From assembly GCA_965248445.1 (NCBI GenBank), contig CBDFJG010000003.1, positions 832,001 to 896,000 on the forward strand: DNA of 64,000 nt, read 5' to 3'. This DNA is from Planctomycetota bacterium. Its GTDB lineage: Bacteria > Planctomycetota > JAJSAM01 > JAJVHW01. The notes under the pieces are model-generated. The model searched no databases. It saw only the letters and a program-made list of their open reading frames with translations, and was not told the DNA's origin. Numbering within the stretch: position 1 is the first letter of the stretch; each line of letters begins with the position of its first letter. The position numbers and the translations under genes were made by a program. Of this stretch, positions 20,585 through 29,055 are shown one piece after another.

Positions 20585-21856
20585 ATGCACGGAGTGGTGA
20601 CGGTGATCCTGGGGGGCGGGCGCGGATCGCGCCTGCAGCCGCTAACCGCCGAGCGTGCCAAGCCCGCCGTGCCGTTCGGCGGGAAGTTCCGGCTGATCGA
20701 CATTCCGATCAGCAACAGCCTCCACGCCGGAATCTCGCGCATCTACGTCCTCACGCAGTACGCGAGCGCCACACTTCACAGCCACATCTCGGGCACGTAT
20801 CGCTTCGACCACTTCGGCAGCGGCGCCGTCGAGATCCTCGCGGCCGAGGAGAGCCTGACGAGCCGCGAGTGGTATCAGGGGACCGCGGACGCCGTCCGCC
20901 AGAACCTTCGCTACATCACCGACCGCCGGCCGGACGAAGTGCTGATCCTCTCGGGCGACCAGCTCTACCTGATGGACGTGCGCGCGATGGTCCAGCGACA
21001 CCGCGACCTCGCTGCCGACTTCTCCATCGCGGTGAAACCGGTCGCGCGGAGCATCGCTCACGGTCTCGGCATCATGCGCGTGGACGAGACGGGACGGATC
21101 GTTGCATTCGTAGAGAAGCCCACGGACGAGAGCGTGCTCGACGAGTTCGAGCTTCCCGACGCCGTGCTGGAGAAGCTCGGCATCCCGCCGCAGCGCGGTC
21201 TCGTGCTGGCGAGCATGGGGATCTATCTGTTCCGCGCTGGCGTGCTCTGCAACCTGCTCGCAAATCCGGGCGTCGACTTCGGCAAGGAGATCATCCCGGC
21301 CGCGCTCGCGGAGCATCGCGTGCAGGCGTTCGCACACACCGGCTACTGGGAGGACATCGGGACGATCGGGGCGTTCCACCGCGCGAGCATCGCGCTGACG
21401 CGCCCGCTACCGCCACTCAACCTGTACAGCCGCGACCGGCCGATCTACACGAACCCGCGCTTCCTGCCCGGCACCAAGATCAACAGCTGCACCGTCAAAC
21501 AGTCGATCCTGTGCGAGGGGAGCATCCTGACGGACAGCACGATCCGCCACTCGATCGTGGGCATCCGTGCGCTCGTGCGCGAGGGCGCGGTCATCGAGAA
21601 CTCGGTCGTGATGGGAGCTCGCTTCTACGAGCCAGAAACCGATCCCCCGCCCGGCGTCGTCGCCCAGGGGATCGGGAAGAACTGCGTCATCCGCAAGGCG
21701 ATCATCGACCTCGACGCGCGCATCGGCGACGGCGTGAAGCTGGTCAACGAGGCCGGCGTGCTGGAAGCCGACGCCGAGGACAGCTCGTGGTGCATCCGCG
21801 AGGGCGTGATCGTCGTGCCCCGCGCGGCCACGATCGCGCCGGGGACCGTGGTCTAG
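20585..21856 (+). CDS. glgC: Glucose-1-phosphate adenylyltransferase (ADP-glucose pyrophosphorylase)
   Basis: ILGGGRGSRLQPLTAERAKPAVPFGGKFRLIDIPISN, WYQGTADAV, FVEKP, ASMGIY, YWEDIGT, C-terminal hexapeptide repeats. Confidence 0.95.
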   Translation: MHGVVTVILGGGRGSRLQPLTAERAKPAVPFGGKFRLIDIPISNSLHAGISRIYVLTQYASATLHSHISGTYRFDHFGSGAVEILAAEESLTSREWYQGTADAVRQNLRYITDRRPDEVLILSGDQLYLMDVRAMVQRHRDLAADFSIAVKPVARSIAHGLGIMRVDETGRIVAFVEKPTDESVLDEFELPDAVLEKLGIPPQRGLVLASMGIYLFRAGVLCNLLANPGVDFGKEIIPAALAEHRVQAFAHTGYWEDIGTIGAFHRASIALTRPLPPLNLYSRDRPIYTNPRFLPGTKINSCTVKQSILCEGSILTDSTIRHSIVGIRALVREGAVIENSVVMGARFYEPETDPPPGVVAQGIGKNCVIRKAIIDLDARIGDGVKLVNEAGVLEADAEDSSWCIREGVIVVPRAATIAPGTVV

Positions 21857-21861
21857 CTCCC

Positions 21862-23304
21862 ATGCGCGTCGCGATGACGTCGGCAGAGGTTGCGCCGTTC
21901 GCAAAAACCGGCGGGCTGGGTGACGTCGCCGTATCGCTCGGCCGCTACCTGCACGAGCATGGACACGAAGCCCGGCTGTTCCTGCCACTGTACGGCAATC
22001 TACGGACCGGCCGCGACACGCTGGTGCCCGTCGAGTTCATGCAGGGCATCCCGATCCGGCTGGGCGCGCGCGAGTTCACGATCTCGCTCTTCACGGCACC
22101 CGTGCCCGGCACGTCGTTCTGGGTGTACTTCATCTCGTGCCCCCCGCTCTACGCGCGGCGCTCGATCTATTGCATGGACGGCGACGAGCACCTGCGCTTC
22201 GGGTTGCTGTCGGTCGCGACGCTCGTCGCCTGTCAGCGCATGGCGTTCGCGCCTGACATCGTGCACGTACACGACTGGCACACCGCCCTGACGCCGCTGT
22301 TCCTGCGCACGCACTTCGAGTGGGACCAGCTGTTCGCGAACACGAAGACCGTCCTGACGCTGCACAACCTGGCGTATCAGGGGATGTTTCCCGCAGACGT
22401 CCTGCCGGAGCTCGGCTTGCAGGAGTTCGCCGGCAAGTTCGAGATGCAGGATCTCGCCGCGGGGCGCGTCGGCTTCATGAAGACAGGCATCCTGTACGCG
22501 GATGCCGTGACGGCCGTCAGCGAGACGTACGCCCGCGAGATCCGCCGGCCCGAGCACGGCCTGGGCCTGGACGGGCTGCTGCGTGCGCGCGCTGCGTCGG
22601 TGCACGGGATCACGAACGGCGTGGATTACTCGGTGTGGTCGCCCGAGAAGGACGAGCTGATCCCGCATCGGTTCTCCGCGGACGACCTCTCGGGCAAGGC
22701 GAAGTGCAAGCGGCACCTGGTCGAGACGCTCGGCATGAAGTACGACAAGGATGCGCCCGTCGTGGGGATCGTGTCGCGGCTGACGTCCCAGAAGGGCTTC
22801 GAACTCACGGTCGACGCGCTGCCGATCATGCTGCGCGATAGCCCGGCCCAGCTCGTCGTGCTCGGATCGGGTGAGCCGAAGCTCGAGCAGTTCTTCGCCG
22901 CGCTAGAGCGCCGCTTCCCGGAGAAGGCGCGGTTCATCAACCGCTACGACAACGAGGCCGCCCACCTGATCGAGGCCGGCGCCGACATGTTCCTGATGCC
23001 GTCGCTGTTCGAGCCGTGCGGGCTGAACCAGATGTACAGCCTGCGCTACGGCACCGTCCCCATCGTGCGCCGGACCGGCGGCCTGGCCGACACCGTGGAC
23101 CTGTACGACCCCGAGACGGGAGAGGGCACGGGCTTCGTCTTCGACCACTTCACGAAGGCCGGCTTCAGCTGGGCCCTCGACCAGGCGTTCACGGTCTGGG
23201 AGGACAAGAAAGCGTGGCGCCGCCTGCAGAGGAACGGCATGGCGCGCGACTTCTCCTGGGACCGCCAGGTCACGAAGTACGTCGCGCTCTACGAGTCGCT
23301 GTGA
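21862..23304 (+). CDS. glgA: Glycogen synthase (GT5)
   Basis: AEVAPFAKTGGLGDV, HVHDWHT, TLHNLAYQG, SRLTSQKG, MPSLFEPCGLNQMYSLRYGT, TGGLADTV. Confidence 0.95.
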   Translation: MRVAMTSAEVAPFAKTGGLGDVAVSLGRYLHEHGHEARLFLPLYGNLRTGRDTLVPVEFMQGIPIRLGAREFTISLFTAPVPGTSFWVYFISCPPLYARRSIYCMDGDEHLRFGLLSVATLVACQRMAFAPDIVHVHDWHTALTPLFLRTHFEWDQLFANTKTVLTLHNLAYQGMFPADVLPELGLQEFAGKFEMQDLAAGRVGFMKTGILYADAVTAVSETYAREIRRPEHGLGLDGLLRARAASVHGITNGVDYSVWSPEKDELIPHRFSADDLSGKAKCKRHLVETLGMKYDKDAPVVGIVSRLTSQKGFELTVDALPIMLRDSPAQLVVLGSGEPKLEQFFAALERRFPEKARFINRYDNEAAHLIEAGADMFLMPSLFEPCGLNQMYSLRYGTVPIVRRTGGLADTVDLYDPETGEGTGFVFDHFTKAGFSWALDQAFTVWEDKKAWRRLQRNGMARDFSWDRQVTKYVALYESL

Positions 23305-23570
23305 AGGCTGCGGCGCTGCCGCTTCTCCTCGCCACGCTGACGAGCTGCGCCTCTCTCGAACCGCTGCGCCCCATCGAACCCCGCGCACGCGACTCGCTGC
23401 CGACACAGGCTCTCAAGGGGATCGCCTACGTGCCGGCGGCGCTCGTTCTCGGGACCGGCGTGCTCGCGGCGGACATCGCCTGCGGCGTGGCCCGCCAACG
23501 AGCCGAGGAGGTCGCCGTCGACGAGGAGCTCGGACGGCCGGAGCGCGACATGCGGCGGCAGATCTACTGA
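23301..23570 (+). CDS. Small putative lipoprotein
   Basis: GTGA overlap with the glgA stop; VKAAALPLLLATLTSC lipobox-like signal. Confidence 0.5.
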   Translation: MKAAALPLLLATLTSCASLEPLRPIEPRARDSLPTQALKGIAYVPAALVLGTGVLAADIACGVARQRAEEVAVDEELGRPERDMRRQIY

Positions 23571-23580
23571 CCTGCGCCCT

Positions 23581-24339
23581 CTAGCACAGCTTCTTGAGGT
23601 ACTTCGGGAGCATCTCGCGCCACGTCGGCCAGTTGTGGTCGTAGTCCTTGCCCCACTGATCGACGCGGTTGGGGATGCCGCGGCTGCCGAGGACCTTGGC
23701 CAGGCGCCACGACTGGGCCGGCTCTTCCCACGGACCGTCGCCGGTCGGCAGGTACGCGGTGCGCGTGCGCAACAGCTTCAGCTGCTCGGACTCGTCGTCC
23801 AGTCGCGGGAGGAAGTGCATCGGCGACGAGAGGCAGAAGTCCATCGGATACGGCGGTTCGAGCCACTTCGTCATGTCGTACGTGCCGCTCATCCCGATCG
23901 CGGCCTTGAAGACGTCGGGGTGCTTGCAGAGCGCGGCGACTGCGTTGAACGCGCCGATGGACGCGCCCGCCGTGATGATCTCGATGTCCGGGCTCTCGCA
24001 GTCGTGCCGGATCCAGGGGACCAGCTCGTGCCGGATGAACCGGTCGAAACGGGCCTGCGCCGCGGCGTAGCTCGCGGTCGTGCGCCCCTCCGCCGACATC
24101 GCGCGGCCGCCGATCGAGTCGCACGAGTAGACCTTGATGCGGCCCGCGTCGAGCAGCGGACGCAGCACGTAGATCATCTTGAAGCGCTCTTGCTCCTCAC
24201 CGTCGCCACCGGCCGTCGGGAAGAGCAGCACGGGCGTGCCCATGTGGCCCCACCGCGCGCACAGCACCTCTTCGCCCGCGTGCTGCGACTGCATGCGAAC
24301 GGTTGTCTTCCTGTCTCTGTTCGTGTCCGTGCCCGTCAC
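23581..24339 (-). CDS. Putative esterase (Fes/PF00756-like alpha/beta hydrolase)
   Basis: WGHMGTPVLLFPTAGG, nucleophile GASIG, C-terminal DHNWPTWREML; GTGA overlap with the upstream gene. Confidence 0.85.
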   Translation of the reverse strand: MTGTDTNRDRKTTVRMQSQHAGEEVLCARWGHMGTPVLLFPTAGGDGEEQERFKMIYVLRPLLDAGRIKVYSCDSIGGRAMSAEGRTTASYAAAQARFDRFIRHELVPWIRHDCESPDIEIITAGASIGAFNAVAALCKHPDVFKAAIGMSGTYDMTKWLEPPYPMDFCLSSPMHFLPRLDDESEQLKLLRTRTAYLPTGDGPWEEPAQSWRLAKVLGSRGIPNRVDQWGKDYDHNWPTWREMLPKYLKKLC

Positions 24340-25580
24340 GTCTGTGCCTCCTCGTCCCGCCAACGCTGAATCGCCTGCCAGAACTTCTCGGTGAACTCGT
24401 CGATCTCGTGCGCCGGGTAGAGCGACTCGACTTTCGCGCGCACGAATCCGTGCGCCTCGTCGCCGCCGAAGAACTCCCACGCGACCTCGTCCAGGTCGCC
24501 GAGATGCTCTCCGCAGAACTCCTCGAAGCGCGCTGTGTCCAGCCGTTCGTCGGCGATGCCCGCGTACCCGCTGAGCCGCTCGCGGTACGACAGCCCCTCC
24601 TCGGCGGCGATCTCGTAGTACGCACCCCAGTCGAGGTTCTTCCGCATCTCGCGCCCGGTGGCCGCCACGAAAATCGACCAGCGGAGCTTCGCGAGAACGA
24701 GCCATGGGAAGTGGTAGTGGAGCGACGTGACCTGGGAGTCGGGACACGCGTTCGCGAAATCGATCGGGTGGAACACTCCGTCCTGCCGGAGCATCTCGCA
24801 GGAGTTGAAGTCCCAGCCGAAGAAGCTGTTGATCGTCAACGTCATGTCGCGCAGTAGCGAGAGCTCGTCGCCGGTGACGTCCGGCGCCTCCTCGCAGTAC
24901 CGTCCGTGCAGCGGCGCTGACGGGTCGTACTTCACTGCACGCACCTGTGGGCCGACGCCGACACACCGCACGAACAGATCGTGCGGGAGCACGGCCTTCT
25001 GCAGGAACATCAGCCGCTTGCCGCTCTTCTCGTACGCAGCGCGCAACTGCTCTTCGTCGTCGATGCGCGTGACACCGACCCATGCGCCGCCGTCATACGG
25101 CTTCATGAACAACGGATAGCCGATCTCGCTTCCTACTTCGCCGATGTCGAAGAGCTTCGCGTAGCGCTTCAGCGTGACCTCGAGATCGGGGGTCGACCAG
25201 TCGTACTCCTTCGGCGGCACCAACCACGTCTCGGGGACGGGCATGCCGAGGCGCATCATCGCCGCGTACGTGGTCTGCTTCTCCATCGACTGGATCGACC
25301 ACGGGTTGTTCAGGACGTACAGGTCGTCGACGAGGATCGCCTTCTTGATCCACTCGCGCGAGAGGTGGTACCAGTGCGTGACGCGGTCGAGCACGACGTC
25401 GTAGCGCGACGGCGCGCTCAGGTCGAACGGATCGATCTGCATACGCGAAGCCGCCAGACGCACGGTGTCGCCGCCGATCCGGATGCGCGGATCCAGACGT
25501 TTCAAGATGGTCTCGTAGCACGCCGGCCAACAGAGGTCGGCTCCCAGAGAGAGACCGATTCTCTTCGTGATCTCCGCCAT
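24336..25580 (-). CDS. RimK/glutathione-synthetase-like ATP-grasp protein, copy 3
   Basis: LNNPW...EK, VPETWLVP, GYPLFMKPYDGGAWVGV, FLQKAV, FNSCEML, IDFANACPD; start taken as ATG 25580. Confidence 0.85.
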   Translation of the reverse strand: MAEITKRIGLSLGADLCWPACYETILKRLDPRIRIGGDTVRLAASRMQIDPFDLSAPSRYDVVLDRVTHWYHLSREWIKKAILVDDLYVLNNPWSIQSMEKQTTYAAMMRLGMPVPETWLVPPKEYDWSTPDLEVTLKRYAKLFDIGEVGSEIGYPLFMKPYDGGAWVGVTRIDDEEQLRAAYEKSGKRLMFLQKAVLPHDLFVRCVGVGPQVRAVKYDPSAPLHGRYCEEAPDVTGDELSLLRDMTLTINSFFGWDFNSCEMLRQDGVFHPIDFANACPDSQVTSLHYHFPWLVLAKLRWSIFVAATGREMRKNLDWGAYYEIAAEEGLSYRERLSGYAGIADERLDTARFEEFCGEHLGDLDEVAWEFFGGDEAHGFVRAKVESLYPAHEIDEFTEKFWQAIQRWRDEEAQT

Positions 25581-25643
25581 GAACGCGCTCCATCCCGGCA
25601 GGGCATCCGCCGACACTTCGGCGCGCTCTCGGCGGGGAATCCC

Positions 25644-26783
25644 CTATTCGTACACGAGTCCGAGCGGCCCTGGGAAAAGCCAACTGAGGGACTCCCGAAG
25701 GCGGTCCCGCCAGTTCTCCCAGTTGTGCCCGTCGCGGGACTCACGGTAGCGGACTCGCATGCCGCTTTGCGCCAACGGCGTCTGGAGCGCACGGTTATCC
25801 GCGATCAGGGACTCGTAGCGGCCGCAGGTGACGAAGACCCGCTCCGCCACGGCGGCGGGATTCTCGCGGTACGCGTTCACGAACTCGACCACCGGCCCGA
25901 GGGCCGGGTGGAACTCTTCGTAGCCCGTGTCGTTGAAGCGGAACGAGCCTGACTGGAGGAGCAGCTTCCCGAACGTCCCCGGGTGCTTCCAGGCCGTCCA
26001 CAGGGCGGCGACCGCCCCGAGGCTGGCTCCCATCAATCCACGGTCGGACGGGTCATCGAGAAGCGGTAGCTGTGAGCTCAGTCCTGGCAGCAGTTCCTCG
26101 GCCACGAAGCGGGCGTGGTCGTCGCTCGCGGTGTAGTCGGTGAAGCGGTCGGGGGACTGGCTGAGGGCGACCACCAGCGGAGGGATCTCGTACCGGTGGA
26201 TCAGGTTGTCCAGCACAGTCTCGAGGTCGCAGTACTTCCGGTAGTCCTCGCCGTCGAAGGCGACCAGGAGCGGGTACCGGCGGGTCTTCTGGAGCCGGGC
26301 CGGCAGGTAGACGCGCACCTCGACGTCGGCGTCGTGGGTGTCGGAACGGACCGTCATCGTCTCGAGCGTGCCCCGCCGCGCCTCGGAGTCGGGCAGGGTC
26401 CAGTCCGGCCGCTGGTAGCCCTCGCCGTAGCACACGGAGTTCAGGCCGTAGGGATCGCGCGCCGTGTTCGGGTTCAGCGGATCCAGCGTCAGGCGGGGGT
26501 GGCTCCCCGCGTGCACCTCGAGCTTGTACTCGATGCGAGAACCCGGCGGGATCTCCATGGTCAGGAACCAGAGGTCGGTGCCTTCGATACGCAGGAACGG
26601 CTGCAGGCTCGGGAAGCCCATGATGAAGTGCCGCAGGCGCACGTCGTCGGCCTCGCCACGGTACAGGTACGTCACCGAGTGCCCCTCGACGAGCGGACAC
26701 GCGATGCGCCCGAGGAACGCGTCGACAGCAGCGGCGTCCGGAGCCGCGTCGCCCTCCATCAGCCGGTGAATCGCGAGGCTCAC
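25644..26783 (-). CDS. Enterochelin-esterase-like hydrolase with N-terminal E-set/CBM48-like domain
   Basis: VTYLYRG...RIEGTDLWFLTMEIPPGSRIEYKL...DPLNP; VYLP...RYPLLVAFDG; GASLG; GHNWENWR; GTGA overlap. Confidence 0.85.
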   Translation of the reverse strand: MSLAIHRLMEGDAAPDAAAVDAFLGRIACPLVEGHSVTYLYRGEADDVRLRHFIMGFPSLQPFLRIEGTDLWFLTMEIPPGSRIEYKLEVHAGSHPRLTLDPLNPNTARDPYGLNSVCYGEGYQRPDWTLPDSEARRGTLETMTVRSDTHDADVEVRVYLPARLQKTRRYPLLVAFDGEDYRKYCDLETVLDNLIHRYEIPPLVVALSQSPDRFTDYTASDDHARFVAEELLPGLSSQLPLLDDPSDRGLMGASLGAVAALWTAWKHPGTFGKLLLQSGSFRFNDTGYEEFHPALGPVVEFVNAYRENPAAVAERVFVTCGRYESLIADNRALQTPLAQSGMRVRYRESRDGHNWENWRDRLRESLSWLFPGPLGLVYE

Positions 26784-27751
26784 GGCGTGCCTCCGGCGAC
26801 GCCTTTCACTTCGGTCAGCTCCGTCACGCGGCCATCGGTGCGCAGGCGGCGGGCGCCGTCCCCGAAGAGCGTCCAACCCTCGCCCGTGCCGCCCCAGATC
26901 AGCCCGGACGCGTCGTCGAGCGCAACGCACGTCCGGGGTGCGAAGCGGCGCGCGAACAGCGCGACGCTCTCCCGGTCGTCGAGCCGCATGCGACGCGAAG
27001 CGTGGGGAAGCGCGACCACGCGGGGGCAGAGCCCCAGCCCGCTCTCGAGGGTCAGCGGGAGGCCGGGACCCTGCGGGGCGTTCTCGTGGTAGATGACGAT
27101 TTGCTTGCATGCGCACATCGCGCCGGCCGACCAGGCGAACAGTGGTCGCTCGCCGATCTGGGCCGCGATGTCGAACAGCCTGAGCCGGTTGCGCAGCACC
27201 GCCACGTGTCCTCCGGCGAACGCCACCGAACGGCAGTCCGCCAGGAGCTCGGAAACCCGCCCCCGCTGGACCACCACGCTTTCCCGCTCCGCCGGACGGA
27301 CGGCGTCCTCGAACTCGGCGTGGAGCTCCTCGGCACGGGTGAGGGCGCCGGCGTCGAGGTGCCGCACCTGCTCGAGCGCTTCCTCACGAGCCTGCTCGTC
27401 GAGGTCCTGCATGAGAGGGTCCGAGGACGGTCCCGGGAGGCGTCGAAGAGCATCCACCAGGTGGCCCAGCCTCTCTCGGTAGAGCTCCCGGGCGTGCCGG
27501 AGGCGGACGCGGCGCCGCCTCCAGGCTTCGAGAAACTCCGGGTCTCGTTCGAAGATCTGCTCCGTCCGCGCGTGGAGGCGTAAGTTGACGATCTCGTGCC
27601 CGAGGTGCGAGGACAGCTCGTCGATCTCGTCCTCGCGCTCCTCCCAACCGGCGGTGACCGCCGCAACCGGGCCCTCCGCTGCGACATGCCGGAAGGCCTG
27701 CGCCAATGTGGGCTGGTATCGCTGCGGTCCGAGGAGTACGACGGGGGGCAT
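26780..27751 (-). CDS. Peptidase S51 (peptidase E/cyanophycinase) / class I glutamine-amidotransferase-like protein
   Basis: FAGGHVAVL, AWSAGAM nucleophile elbow, GLGL...ALPHA, VALDD; helical insert; start MPPVVLLGPQR. Confidence 0.75.
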   Translation of the reverse strand: MPPVVLLGPQRYQPTLAQAFRHVAAEGPVAAVTAGWEEREDEIDELSSHLGHEIVNLRLHARTEQIFERDPEFLEAWRRRRVRLRHARELYRERLGHLVDALRRLPGPSSDPLMQDLDEQAREEALEQVRHLDAGALTRAEELHAEFEDAVRPAERESVVVQRGRVSELLADCRSVAFAGGHVAVLRNRLRLFDIAAQIGERPLFAWSAGAMCACKQIVIYHENAPQGPGLPLTLESGLGLCPRVVALPHASRRMRLDDRESVALFARRFAPRTCVALDDASGLIWGGTGEGWTLFGDGARRLRTDGRVTELTEVKGVAGGTP

Positions 27752-27805
27752 CGCCGGGCATCGTAGCGACGCGTTCGCCGGAGAGTGCGCGCAAGGAGAG
27801 CGAAC

Positions 27806-29026
27806 ATGCATGTGATCTTCATCGAGCCCCGTTTCCCCGTGAACCAGCGCGAATTCGTGCGCGGACTCCGCGAAGCCGGAGCCGTGGTCACGGGCATCGG
27901 AGAGTCGCCCCTGGGGGCGATGGACCCCGAACTGAAGAGCTGGATGGTCGGCTACGAGCAGGTGCCGTCCGTGTGCCACGAGGAGTCGCTGCTGGAGGCC
28001 GTGCGCACCGTGCAGAAGCGCGGGTGGGTGGACCGGCTGGAGACGACGGTCGAAGCGCACATCCTGCCGGCGGCCAAGGTGCGCGAGGCGTGCGGAATCC
28101 CGGGAACGTCGGTCCGCACCGCTTTCCTCTGCCGCGACAAACCCGCGATGAAGGACGCGCTGCGTGAGGCGGGAGTGCCGACCGCGCAGTCGATCGGGAG
28201 TGACTCGCAAGACGACATTCGCGCGTTCGTCAAGCAAGTCGGCTACCCGGTGATCGTAAAGCCGCGGGGCGCCGCAGGCGCCGCGGGAACGTACCGGGCA
28301 GACGACGACGACGAGCTGTCGCGCGTTCTGACCGAGTGCGGAGTCGGGAAGGGCGCTGACGTCGCCGTCGAGGAGTTCGTGGAGGGTCACGAGGGCTTCT
28401 ACGACACGCTGACGGCCGGTGGCCGCATCGTGCACGAGTTCGTCTCTCACTACTACCCAAACGTGCTGCACGCGATGCGGACGCGGTGGATCTCGCCGCA
28501 GATCATCGTGACGAACCGCGTCGAAGCCTCGAGCTACGACGAGCTCCGTCAGCTCGGCAACGAGGTGAACAAGGCGCTCGGGATCGAGACGTCGGCGACC
28601 CACATGGAGTGGTTCTACGGCCCGAAGGGACTGAAGTTCTCGGAGATTGGCTGCCGCCCCCCGGGTGTCAGCGTCTGGGACCTCTACAGCGCCGCGAACG
28701 AGTTCGACATCTACCGCGAGTGGGGCCATCTGATCGTCGACGGGGAGCCGCGGCAGCGCCGCTCACTGCGCTTCTCGACCGGGATGCTCAACCTGCGCCC
28801 GGAGGCCGACGGCACGATTGCGGGCTACGACGGACTCGAGCAGGCGATGGAGCGGCACGGGGAGTGGATACTCGACCACCACATCCCGCCGGCCGGCTCC
28901 CCCACGGCGCCGATCGCGGGCGGGTACAAGGTCAACGCCTGGATGCGACTCCGCCACTCGGACTACGACGAACTTCGCAGGATCATGACGGACATCGGCG
29001 AGACGGTGAAGGTCAGGGTGCGCTGA
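27806..29026 (+). CDS. ATP-grasp ligase, copy 4
   Basis: AAGGAGAG RBS; CRDKPAMK, VGYPVIVKPRGAAGA, EEFVEGHEGFYD, THMEWF, SEIGCRPPG. Confidence 0.9.
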   Translation: MHVIFIEPRFPVNQREFVRGLREAGAVVTGIGESPLGAMDPELKSWMVGYEQVPSVCHEESLLEAVRTVQKRGWVDRLETTVEAHILPAAKVREACGIPGTSVRTAFLCRDKPAMKDALREAGVPTAQSIGSDSQDDIRAFVKQVGYPVIVKPRGAAGAAGTYRADDDDELSRVLTECGVGKGADVAVEEFVEGHEGFYDTLTAGGRIVHEFVSHYYPNVLHAMRTRWISPQIIVTNRVEASSYDELRQLGNEVNKALGIETSATHMEWFYGPKGLKFSEIGCRPPGVSVWDLYSAANEFDIYREWGHLIVDGEPRQRRSLRFSTGMLNLRPEADGTIAGYDGLEQAMERHGEWILDHHIPPAGSPTAPIAGGYKVNAWMRLRHSDYDELRRIMTDIGETVKVRVR

Positions 29027-29055
29027 CCGGATCTCCCGCCGCGCGATTGCACTCC

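Noticed and set aside
25644..26783. Siderophore utilisation (fes)
   Set aside because: No iron-uptake genes nearby; the context is glycogen and ATP-grasp.
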